Virus record (IMG/VR): IMGVR_UViG_2600255250_000001
Location: 1 to 64,000 of that record
Direction: 5' to 3' (one strand)
Source: a virus
Lineage: Duplodnaviria > Caudoviricetes
DNA length: 64,000 bases
Under the pieces are notes generated by a model. It ran no database searches, was not told where the DNA came from, and was given only the letters and a program-made list of their open reading frames with translations. The translations under genes and the position numbers were made by a program. Shown in pieces: positions 29,401 through 38,100 of the stretch (position 1 is its first letter; each line of letters opens with the position of its first letter).

Positions 29401-30738
29401 GACGAGATCGTTCGCGACCAAAGCAGGGTTATTCGAATAGTCGAGCACCCAGGTGCCGTCCCATACGCCGGTGTAGACGCGGGTGACCGGGTTGTAGTTG
29501 CTCGGGATACGGATGATCCGGCCCCGGTAAATACCAGAGAAGTCGGGGATCGAGGAGAACTGCTCAGAGGCGCGGGCCGTGAGCTGGACGGTAGCCAGGC
29601 CGGGGAAATTGAAAGGGGTGGCGGTGATCTCCTGGAAGCTCTCCCAGGTCACGTCGAAGAACTTCTCGGTGGTGTTCGCCGGGCTCGTCTTGGTGACACG
29701 CAGCTGGTAGGTGTCCGTCTCGCTCCTCGGGACGGGGAAGCGGAACTCCTTCACGAACGAAGAAGTCGTCTTGCCGGTGATCGTCAGCTCACCGTTGACG
29801 ACCGTGTCGTTGTCGGACCCGCCGAACGTGCCGGGTGCCAGCGAGGAGCCGGCGATAATCCAGGTTGAGCCGTTGTAGAAATAGACGATGCCGTTGCCAT
29901 CGTTCAGCCAGTAGTCGCCCTGCTCCACACCAACCGGCGGGGTCGTCCCACCGACATAGGCTTTGGTCGCCTTGTCGCTGCCCCAGGACGATTTCTCCGT
30001 CCAGGTGTAGACCAGATAGGAGCCGACCGTGGCGGACGTGATGCCAGCGAACTCGACCCACGCGGTGCCATTCCAGGTCTTGGGGTGGCTCAAGGCATCG
30101 GTGTCAAACCAGATGCCTGTGTCCGCCGTGGTGATTGGTTCCGACGAGGTCCAGTAGGTTGTCCGGTCGCCGGGGGATGGTTTGGAATTGACCTTGCTGA
30201 GAATGCCATAGAAGGCAGCAAAGGTATCGCCGATGATACTACTCGGCGGAGCGAGGGTGTTCACCGGTATCCAAGAGGTGGCACCAGTTACCCGGTACTC
30301 GAACTTGATCTTGCCAGTGTTGTTGAAGCTGCCCTTGCTCGTCGTCTTTTCGAGGTGGTTGATGACGACACGAAAATCGATGTAGTCGATGTTAGTGTGA
30401 AGACCCTGACGCACGACTGGAACGTTGGTCGACAGTTCCGTCGAGACATCAGTCGACGATCCGAAGCCGCCAGACCGAGAGACGATCTCTTCGCCAAGCT
30501 CAGAGCCTTCGCGAACGATCAGCTCGAACTGGTCGAAGTTGTTTTCGCCGTCAACGTTTTGAAGGGGGGTCTCACCAATAAGAAAGGTCTTGCCGCCGTC
30601 AACGAGGCCTTTGATAGGCCCTTCGCTGATGCCAAGAACAACCTCAACAGAATCTGTAGAAAATAGATTATCAGGAGTTTGTTTTGGCTCGCTGCCTCCG
30701 GCTGAACCAGCCAGGGGGCGGCTAAAGTGTTGAGTCAT
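26494..30738 (-). CDS. central tail tip / host specificity protein (lambda gpJ-like)
   Basis: GISEGPIKGL, YSNNPA, PRFTFNG, FnIII-like segments, C-terminal coiled coil; 1414 aa. Confidence 0.9.
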   Translation of the reverse strand: MTQHFSRPLAGSAGGSEPKQTPDNLFSTDSVEVVLGISEGPIKGLVDGGKTFLIGETPLQNVDGENNFDQFELIVREGSELGEEIVSRSGGFGSSTDVSTELSTNVPVVRQGLHTNIDYIDFRVVINHLEKTTSKGSFNNTGKIKFEYRVTGATSWIPVNTLAPPSSIIGDTFAAFYGILSKVNSKPSPGDRTTYWTSSEPITTADTGIWFDTDALSHPKTWNGTAWVEFAGITSATVGSYLVYTWTEKSSWGSDKATKAYVGGTTPPVGVEQGDYWLNDGNGIVYFYNGSTWIIAGSSLAPGTFGGSDNDTVVNGELTITGKTTSSFVKEFRFPVPRSETDTYQLRVTKTSPANTTEKFFDVTWESFQEITATPFNFPGLATVQLTARASEQFSSIPDFSGIYRGRIIRIPSNYNPVTRVYTGVWDGTWVLDYSNNPALVANDLVLNDRYGMNAYYPVVLNKFDVYEAAQWCDTLTVDGKPRFTFNGQITDPTGGREMIYYICGIFGGRFFDDGNGSAVIRLDKDTNAVAVFAPENVEGGIFTYSFTEISTRFNDVTVTFNNPDLNYKEDRRRVFDQTHIDRYGRIPSNFIAVGCRSADEAIVRGRYKLITGMTETMLVNFKTNRMAQYMSPYDIILVSDDDMDAGLSGRVKDFVNPIKITLRDPLFLEPGFNYKIVFQSINETTGDYQVEEHNIVPGTTGAVTELTFTAPVTAELPDNAVFAIRTTDDTAAPMAFRVISIAEVEGDDDAVEVSAVYVNRLKWLYVDGVITEYENAQNYDVRANVKPSPVPRLRVSATASMQGAVPIYNILLDWDDSTNNLVSRYQIYVSKDNGPLGLLGETPTSAFQWNNVPLGEYVFHVIAITVVGRESDPAIIEHRLVGDWRSIPGGAGLRLQDEPFETVFESRSPKFAWDPATYPEHQDYRIRILNDADFVLYQTFTTELFFVYEQTLNATVNGGSAERSFTIEVSSRDQYGTIAGSQQLAVSNTAPAPPSGLTATRSGDQVVIQFEQPTIRDYAGVLIYKSTTLGFTPTPENLFYQGLNNNISVQCDRGHTYYFRVAIYDYFSQEDLNLSPQVVMVVPTEAEEINATVIATLTTISGQVSALFDYLDQVAGNSAIHNAASEITRIDIAQNVANSFAAIAKESEVRANAIQAVANDVTTLQTQVTDLDTLTTGQASAISGLQTQVSAKPEVFLQAGAPATTGPAGSIWIDSDDNKIYVLQAAVWVDALISGMTVFNQSSPPTTSVLGALWFDSDDDLRMYRWNGTVWQDVSDSRISSFAASITAVEARVDEASASGLFKIETEAGSGSVLARQVMYVKATLADAWEEAGMIMEVYTVSPGVVASRIILNANQIVMTDGTTTSAPFIFEGGVLKLVAAKIGTAVFDVLQSANDKLIIRGHDDFADISVFT

Positions 30739-30757
30739 TACAGCCGAAATATGGGAG

Positions 30758-31807
30758 TTAAGAAGCGGATTTACTAGCCTGGTAGCGCTGCTGCATCCAT
30801 CTCAGACGCTCGGCACCTTCATGAGGGTCAAACTCGAACCGGATGAAGTTGACCTCCGTTGTTGCATGGGGGTCAATCAAGGCGACAGGGCAGTTATAGA
30901 GGTCCTTCGGATCAAGATTAAGCTCCTCGGCATACCGGTTGATCTTCTTGTAGGACGCGATCTGAAGACCGTGCCACATGCGTTCCGAGCTGGGCCGCAT
31001 GCCGTGGGTGTAGCCAGAGACGTGAGTGTGTCCCGCGACGTAGATGTCATGATGTTCACCGTCGAGCTGCGCCTGCTTGCCGGCGCCGAACACGTCTGAC
31101 CACTGGGACCGACCACGGAAGCCGTGGACAGAATAGATTTTCACGTTCCGGCCATTGGGCAGGCGAAGGGCGAGCCGCACCTTGGTGCTCTTGTGGACGA
31201 GCGTGTTCCCCTTGAGGATCATCTTCAGGAGGTCGCCACCCTTGTTCCAAAGGTCGTGGTTGCCATCGGTGTAGTAGAGCCAGTTGATCTTTTTCAGGAC
31301 GTACTCGACCAAAGCGAGTGCCTCGTTCGAAGTCGTGCTTTGCTCCGCGTACAGCCGCTCAAGGCGACCGACCCAGTTGTTGAAAGCATCACCGACGTTG
31401 CCGGCGTAGAGGCCTGGCGTCGAGCCGTCGAAGATCGAGACGTGGTCCATGACTTCGGCGAGATCGGTGCCATCGTCGTCAAGGTGCATGTCGCCGAAGA
31501 AGCCGAGACCGATGGGGCCTTCGCGATTGACGCGGACCTGGATCATCTTGTCCCGGTCGAAGATTTCCTTCTTGCGGGCGAACTGACCAATGCGGCGGGC
31601 GACCAGCTCCTCGATGTCGATGGATGGGGTTGGCTCAAATTCTCGCTCAAGCTCCTCAAAATTGGGGTCCTGCCACCGGCGGTTCATCCCACGTATGCCC
31701 GACTCGCTGATGTCGTAGCCCTGTTCTCGAAGGAAGCGAGCTGCCGGGCGGAAGCCGCCCATCTCGTTAATCGCTTGACGAATTGTATCTTCGTTTGGTC
31801 GGCTCAT
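30758..31807 (-). CDS. calcineurin-like metallophosphoesterase with N-terminal HTH
   Basis: GDMH, GDAFN, GNHD, VHG, GHTH motifs; N-terminal GGFRPAARFL...ISESGIR. Confidence 0.8.
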   Translation of the reverse strand: MSRPNEDTIRQAINEMGGFRPAARFLREQGYDISESGIRGMNRRWQDPNFEELEREFEPTPSIDIEELVARRIGQFARKKEIFDRDKMIQVRVNREGPIGLGFFGDMHLDDDGTDLAEVMDHVSIFDGSTPGLYAGNVGDAFNNWVGRLERLYAEQSTTSNEALALVEYVLKKINWLYYTDGNHDLWNKGGDLLKMILKGNTLVHKSTKVRLALRLPNGRNVKIYSVHGFRGRSQWSDVFGAGKQAQLDGEHHDIYVAGHTHVSGYTHGMRPSSERMWHGLQIASYKKINRYAEELNLDPKDLYNCPVALIDPHATTEVNFIRFEFDPHEGAERLRWMQQRYQASKSAS

Positions 31808-32364
31808 GTGCTGCCTCTCCGGAATTCACGGGCGTTGATATCGAACGACAGAAACTGGCCGTAGACACGGTCTTCCCCGTAGAGAATGGGTATGCGAGTG
31901 CCGATGGCGACAGTGTTCTTTGGGGAGCCGAGATATCGGCTTTGGTCTTTGGCGGTGTCGTTTTCTGGTGTCGGGGCCAGGAGCTGGCTCAGGCCTCCGA
32001 GAAGGGAGAGCGCACCAACCTTGAGGAGCATCGATCCCCAGAATGTGGTTGCGCCAAAGGTGAAGATGCCTAGACCGATCAGGGCGGCGCCGATCAGGAT
32101 TTGACCGAGGCCACCGCTTTTTCCACCATTCAACTGGTGGACGATATGAATCTCAGCCTGGTTGCCAAGGTTGGTGAAGAGAGACTCCACCGTTTCACAG
32201 CCAACGACCTTTATCCTTTGCCGGCCACGGGTAGGGTGAGGAGCAAAACCTGGTAGTTGTCGAGTGATAGACTCAACGACCTCGGCGATGGTGTTCGCCA
32301 TGATCTCAATTGGACCATCATGAAAAGCAGCTAAACCGCCGTGGAGGTAAACCTTACGCAGCAT
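31804..32364 (-). CDS. tail assembly protein (lambda gpI-like)
   Basis: IHIVHQLNGGKSGG..QILIGAALI, NTVAIGTRIPILYG. Confidence 0.85.
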   Translation of the reverse strand: MLRKVYLHGGLAAFHDGPIEIMANTIAEVVESITRQLPGFAPHPTRGRQRIKVVGCETVESLFTNLGNQAEIHIVHQLNGGKSGGLGQILIGAALIGLGIFTFGATTFWGSMLLKVGALSLLGGLSQLLAPTPENDTAKDQSRYLGSPKNTVAIGTRIPILYGEDRVYGQFLSFDINAREFRRGST

Positions 32365-32446
32365 GGGACAGCTGTTGCCTCCCGTGGTTTTGGTTCCCAG
32401 TTGAGGGGTCGTAGTCCAGTAGCTCGCGTATTACTCTTCTAACCAT
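32354..32446 (-). pseudogene. 30-codon HNH-AP2 endonuclease remnant (not in ORF track)
   Basis: MVRRVIRELLDYDPSTG-NQNHGRQQLSHAA*: the LLDYDPxTG start and NHGR end of the intact HNH-AP2 genes, fused together. Confidence 0.7.
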
Positions 32447-32771
32447 CTATCAGAACCTCTCCATCCTCGACGATATACTTGCGAATACCATTGTCGCCGA
32501 TGATGTAGTGATCCAGCTCAGGCCAGTTGAGATAGGTGTTGAAATCATTGGCCGACAGGTTGTAGTCAGCCTTGGGGTGAGTGTGCCAAGTGGCTTGCGC
32601 GGTCAGCGCGTACAGCGCAATGTCTTCACCCTTCACATCGAACCCTTCTTGAGGGTTCTTGCAGATATTCTCGACTTCGATAACCTTACCGCTCTTCAAG
32701 ACAAACCCAACATGCTCGACTTCTTCGTCGTGCTTGCTAAGCAGTAGCTTTTCCAGCCGAGAGAGCTTCAT
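32439..32771 (-). CDS. JAB/Mov34 domain tail assembly protein (gpK N-terminal-like)
   Basis: EHVGFV...WHTHP....LSAND motif. Confidence 0.85.
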   Translation of the reverse strand: MKLSRLEKLLLSKHDEEVEHVGFVLKSGKVIEVENICKNPQEGFDVKGEDIALYALTAQATWHTHPKADYNLSANDFNTYLNWPELDHYIIGDNGIRKYIVEDGEVLIDG

Positions 32772-33231
32772 TGATTTTCCGCCGAGCGTTAGGAGAGACG
32801 ATGTCGATCAGTTCCCTAGTAGCTTGCGTTCCGGCAACCGAGACATCCTTATGACGGAACACACCAATGGTGGAGTTCCTATAGATGCCTTTGTATTCGA
32901 CTACGTCTGACAGCTGACCGTAGAGGTGGTGCAACATCTTGCCGTTTTCAACCAGGATACCACAGTGATTACCTATAGATGAACGCACGGCCATGATGAA
33001 TACATCGCCAAGTTGATACTCCGATGGATGGCAATCGAGGAGTTTGAACCCCATCCGCTGAGCGCGAGTGATGTAAAGGTCCAGGCCGTGCTTCCAAAAC
33101 TCGGTGGGGCAGGCGTAGTTTGGGAAGTGAATGTCGAAGTTGGTCGCATAGAAGTTGCGGAGCATCGTGTAGCAATTGGTGGTCGCATACTTGAAGGGGA
33201 GACCCAAGAGGTGCTGATATTCGAGGATCAT
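32737..33231 (-). CDS. NlpC/P60 tail assembly protein (gpK C-terminal-like)
   Basis: GLPFKY..NCY..LRNFY, NHCGI...MLHH. Confidence 0.85.
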   Translation of the reverse strand: MILEYQHLLGLPFKYATTNCYTMLRNFYATNFDIHFPNYACPTEFWKHGLDLYITRAQRMGFKLLDCHPSEYQLGDVFIMAVRSSIGNHCGILVENGKMLHHLYGQLSDVVEYKGIYRNSTIGVFRHKDVSVAGTQATRELIDIVSPNARRKINEALSAGKATA

Positions 33232-33713
33232 AGGGACACCGTGGGGAACTCTGGTGGCATATAGATGCGAACCGGGATCTGGAAGTTGGCGCCTTCGGTC
33301 AAGTTTTTAAGCTCGAACGTAATGGACTGGCCCGAGATCAGCTGGGGGACACGACCGATCTGCCACATCCGCTGTTCGAAGAGATTTACGTCAGCTTCCA
33401 GGTTAGTTAGGAGCACCCTACGGCGCGTGACGAAAGCAAGGTCCAGGTCGTTGCGTTTAGCAGCCAGGTTGAAAACACCCATCGGGTTCATGACAACCAG
33501 CTGCGGTCGCGACTCCTCGCCATCCGCTGTGCGGGTGTCGCCCGATATCTTAACTGACATGCCCTCATAGATATTGCCTTGCCAGGTCTTGGTGTTCCCC
33601 TCCTTGAACCGAATGAAAGTGTCCTCGTTGCGGAGCTTGATCTGATAGAGATCAACCTGAGCATCGGCTGTGAGCTTTTGGGCTTCTGAGAGATGGGAGA
33701 TTGGCGCGGTCAT
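33228..33713 (-). CDS. minor tail protein (lambda gpL-like)
   Basis: VDLYQI...WQGNIY...RPQL; position between gpM-like and gpK-like genes. Confidence 0.7.
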   Translation of the reverse strand: MTAPISHLSEAQKLTADAQVDLYQIKLRNEDTFIRFKEGNTKTWQGNIYEGMSVKISGDTRTADGEESRPQLVVMNPMGVFNLAAKRNDLDLAFVTRRRVLLTNLEADVNLFEQRMWQIGRVPQLISGQSITFELKNLTEGANFQIPVRIYMPPEFPTVSL

Positions 33714-34090
33714 GGCTGGAGCAACAGCTCTATAGTGAAGGGCTCGACGGCACCGTTGCCGTTCTCCATGACTTTGTATTCGAGCGGCTTGTTGAACCGC
33801 ACGACAAGATCACCCTTGGTGGGATGCGGATACCAAAATTTCTCGTAGAGCCGGTGTCTCGCGTAGAATGCCTCAAGGACGGCCATGTTGATGGTGGTGT
33901 TGATCGTGTCGTTGAGCGTGCAGTCGTCGATGAAGAAAAAGAACAGTCCTCTGAAGGAGAGTGTGTACGCCACCTGATCAGGTCCCTTGGGCTTAGATAC
34001 AAAAGTGTACCCTCTGCCAAAGGTCATGCTGGCCGAACTTTCCGGATATTTGACGCCTAACGTGTGGGTCGGAAATCGAAAAGTTTCCAC
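33710..34090 (-). CDS. distal tail protein (lambda gpM-like)
   Basis: FGRGY, EAFYARH...KFWYPHP; downstream of the tape measure gene. Confidence 0.7.
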   Translation of the reverse strand: METFRFPTHTLGVKYPESSASMTFGRGYTFVSKPKGPDQVAYTLSFRGLFFFFIDDCTLNDTINTTINMAVLEAFYARHRLYEKFWYPHPTKGDLVVRFNKPLEYKVMENGNGAVEPFTIELLLQP

Positions 34091-34096
34091 AGGGAG

Positions 34097-34678
34097 TTAT
34101 ATAGTGACGTATCCGGGGGTTTTGTAGTGCTCGTGAAATCGGCGGAACAGCTCCGGATCGCGCTTGGCAATGCGGGCGACAACGTCGGGAGAACGGACAA
34201 TCTTTTGCACTGCTATCTGCCGGACCCCGTACTTGGAGGCTAATTTGGCTTGGGTGAAGAATCCCTGGCTATAGAGGTAGTTGATCTCCAGACGTTGCCG
34301 GTTTGTGAGTTTAGAGTGTGCATGATTCTCTAAGGTGGCATCGTCTGCCAGATTTCCTGCGTGGGTATCCCAGCGAAGATTCGGCAGCTTGTTGTTTGAA
34401 GGGATGCCATCTCTGTGACAGCCATCTCGTAGATGAGGAGGGCAGAGTCCTCGAAACGAATTCAAAACTAGTATGTGAACCTTGTGTGTCTTTATCTTTG
34501 AGTCTTTCGACAGTTCGACCTTTAGGTATCCTCCAGTCTCAGTTCCCTGATAGAGGATTTTCTCTGATCGTCGGTATGGTCGAACCAGTGATTTAACACG
34601 TCCCAGATTAGAGATCTCATACCTTCCCTCATAGCCGACAACCGGCCTCCAATCTTCTCCAGGAAGGTTCTCAATCAT
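34097..34678 (-). CDS. NUMOD4-HNH homing endonuclease
   Basis: EDWRPVVGYEGRYEISNLGRVKS; CHRDGIPSNNKLPNL. Confidence 0.88.
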   Translation of the reverse strand: MIENLPGEDWRPVVGYEGRYEISNLGRVKSLVRPYRRSEKILYQGTETGGYLKVELSKDSKIKTHKVHILVLNSFRGLCPPHLRDGCHRDGIPSNNKLPNLRWDTHAGNLADDATLENHAHSKLTNRQRLEINYLYSQGFFTQAKLASKYGVRQIAVQKIVRSPDVVARIAKRDPELFRRFHEHYKTPGYVTI

Positions 34679-34747
34679 ATTTCGCCTCAGACTCTTGGAT
34701 TAGACCTTGAGGTGGTTTATATGCGCTTCACAACAAGGGGTTGTGTG

Positions 34748-35122
34748 GGGGAGTCTATGGGTATGAGGAAATCAATTCTGGCGCTAACCGTGTTTCTAGC
34801 TGGGTGCGTGTCAGCGCCGCAGTCATTTGCTGACCCACGACCCTCCGTCTCAGCGACTGAGTTCAAGGCATTGGTTCGCAAATCTCTGAAGAACCCTTTC
34901 TCTGTAAAGGAGTTTGAAATGTCACCATCCCCTTTTATAATTGGTCCGGATGCGTATGGGCGAAAGCACTGGGTCATGTGCGCCAATTACTTCGCCACCA
35001 ACAGTTATGGTGGGCTGGTGCGTGGTGGGATGACCGTCTTCTACAAGGATGGTGCCGTAAGTGAGATTCAGCCAACACAGGGGCAGGGTTGTCCAGAGGC
35101 CCAGCCGGAGAACTTCAACTAG
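34748..35122 (+). CDS. putative lipoprotein, antisense to the tail operon
   Basis: MRKSILALTVFLAG-C lipobox; ATNSYGG motif; GGGGAG SD. Confidence 0.7.
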   Translation, partial: GESMGMRKSILALTVFLAGCVSAPQSFADPRPSVSATEFKALVRKSLKNPFSVKEFEMSPSPFIIGPDAYGRKHWVMCANYFATNSYGGLVRGGMTVFYKDGAVSEIQPTQGQGCPEAQPENFN

Positions 35123-38100
35123 GCCGCGACCGCCTGTTGGATCAACGTCTTGAGAGCACCCTTGCGCTGAATATTGTCAGCAACCACGGCCACAATATCG
35201 GTTGGGCTAGGTGGGGGCACTTGATCAGGGCTAACTATCCACACATTGAGCGTGGTAGGTCCTTTGGCATTGTCATTCGAAGGGGCCGTCATACTCTCTG
35301 ATCTTGTGGCATTTCCTAGGTTGTTGAGGGTGTTCAGCTTATCCTCCCCAATGGCGGATACTGCTGACTGCCGAAGCACGAACTCCCCTGGGGCCAACTT
35401 TCGAAGTACGCTGTCCCGCTGTTGGTTACCGGGGATTAATTCTCCGAGAGCGCTACCCTTCACGCCACCACCGAGAGACATACCCACGACGCCGAGTAGC
35501 CCCCCAAGGATATCACCACCAGCGCCGCCCCCGACACCTTTTATTAGACTCATCACGACCTGGAGAGCAAGCGCCTTAGCTATTGCCTGCATCAAACTCT
35601 GCACAACACTTAGACCGAACGCCTTGAAGGCTTCCGTCGCCGACATCGTGCCGCTGGTGAGATCCATGAACAAGGTTTGGAAAGAACTGGTGAGGTTGTT
35701 GAGGATCGGTCCCCAGGCATTCCCAACCTGAGTTGCAAGAGGGACCATCTCCAACATGCCACGAGCGTTACGCTGCATGACACCGTTCTGAACCATCCAG
35801 GCGTCAGTGCTACTTTTGATAGCGGCGGAGACACTTGGGCTCTGTTGAGCAGTCGCCGCGTCAATCGCCAGCTTCTGCTTGCCCAGGTCCACAGCGCGCT
35901 GCTTGGCCGCTATTTCTTGCATTAGCCAATACGTTGCCTCAGGGGAGCCTTTGCCGTAGGTGGCCTCAGCGACGGCCTGCTCCTTCTTGATTTGAAGCAG
36001 TAGCTGCTCAGCCGCATTGACCTGGTCGAGGAGCGCCTTGCGCTCTGCAAGCTTGACGTTGGTCTCAAGGCCAACGATCTGATTTTGGGTAAATTTGCTG
36101 GCATTCTCAGGCAGCTGAGCAGCGTCAAGGGCTCTCTGTGCTGCTAGGACCGGCTCCTGGGTCTTCTTGTCCAGCTGGTTCCAATACTCCTCCAGGAGGG
36201 CGGCGACCTTCTGGTTGCGGTCTGCACGGAGCCCTTCGAGCATCTCGGTGCGTTGAGCGATCAGCTCCTCGTCGCCATCCTTCAGGCCGGCTGCGTTCTC
36301 CTGATCGAATGCCTTGATTTTGGCGTCGATGATCTTCTGATACTGATCATTGACCGAGCCCAGAATCTTCTTGACCGTCTCGGGATCGCTGGCGAGCTTC
36401 GACTGTGCCACCAGGGTCTGGATTTGCTCAGTGGCGCTCTTGACCGAAGTGCTCGTCGAGGCCTTGATCGCCTTGGTCGTCGCATCCAGCTCAGCCTTGG
36501 TGCGATCGGTGATCGCCCCCTGGATGTTCTGGTTGTCAGCGGTGTAGTCGCCCTTGCCAAGGGTGATGGCCTGGCCGATACGGTCGTTGATGTGGTTGAT
36601 GGCTGGGTCGGCGTTCGGCTTTTCGTAGCCGGTCATCACGATGCGAGCAGCTTCCTCAGGCGTCCTTGCCGACATCAGGGCAGCGTAGACCTGAGGGAAT
36701 TTGGTCCGCAGCTCTTCGTCGACGAACTGGTTCTGGGTCGTGCTGTCGAATGGGCTCTTGCCCTTGTCGGCAGCGAACTGCTGTGCGGCATCCCAGCGGT
36801 CGAAACGCCACTGTGGCTTTCCGAAAGCAGTCGGGCGACCAGTCTTGTCGCTAACGTCACCCTTCGCGTTCGGGTCCAGACCACTCTCGGTGATGAAGTT
36901 GCCGACGAGGCCGGCCGCCGCCGCTTGCGAGTAACCCATGGCGATGAACTGCTTCATGTCGGCAGCAGCGCGATCGGCAACGCTCTTCGCGAGCGGCGAG
37001 CCTTCGCTCAACGTCTGGGACTGAATGTCGAGAGAACCGGACTGGACCTGGAGCTTGGCCAGCTCGGCGGCCATCGTGTTGAACTGAGTGATCAGAGCGT
37101 CCATGGCAGGCCCTGGGCGGGACTTGCGGATAGCCTCGATTACCTGCTTGATCTTCTTCTCCAGGACGCCGGCGTCGGCATCCACGGCATCCTTCATCGC
37201 CTTCAGCTGATTGACCGCAAGCTCCTGCGCCTGATCGCTGATAGAGGTGATGAAGTCCTGCTCGGCCTGGTTGATCTGCTTCTGGTCTTCGCGAAGACCA
37301 AGTTCCAGTTCGGCTCTGTTGTCATCGTCGCCGGCGGCTGCGATCTTGGCATCGAAGATTTCGGCCGTCAGCCTCCGCTTCCGATCGAACTTCGCCTTCA
37401 CCGCCTCTTCGATGATACTCAGCTCCTCCTTGGAGTAGCTCTTGCCGGTCAGCTTGAGGAGAGATTGAATCTCCTTGTCGATGGTCGACTGCTGCTCCTT
37501 GAGAACGTCCTCTTGGATCTTCTGATAGAGCTTGTTTTCGGAGGTGGCGCGAGCCGAGATGCGGTTGGTGATCGAAGCCGTGGCGTCGGTAAGATACTGC
37601 TTCACCATCGACTCGACCTTGGCCCGGTCGAAGTCGGGGTTCGACTTCATGATGTCGTTAACGAAGGTCGCGCCCTGGCGCTGGATATCGGCGATGCGGC
37701 CGGCATAGACATCCCTCAGGTTGTTCAGCCCATCCAGGATTTCTTTGGAACTCTTTCCACGGGTTTCCTTGAACGCTCTGCTGGTGTCCCGATTGAGATC
37801 GGCCGACAACGAAACGACGCGCTGCCCAAGATCAGTGAACTCCGAAGTGTTCTTGACCGCGTTGAGCATGTTCTCCTGGTTAAGCCGGTCGAGCTTAGCC
37901 TTGGAGGCGTCGATCCGGGTGGACATCGTGAGAAGCGGCGTGAGGCCAGCGTTCAACGCGTCGAGCAAATCGACGGTTTTGGTGAGCTGCTCGATCTTCG
38001 CTTCCAGCTCTGGCGTCGAGTTGCCCAGCTCTTTCTGAGCCAGCAGGGTGCTCAGCTCGCGGGTGTTCTGCGCCTTGGTGAGCCCGATCTGAGCACTATA

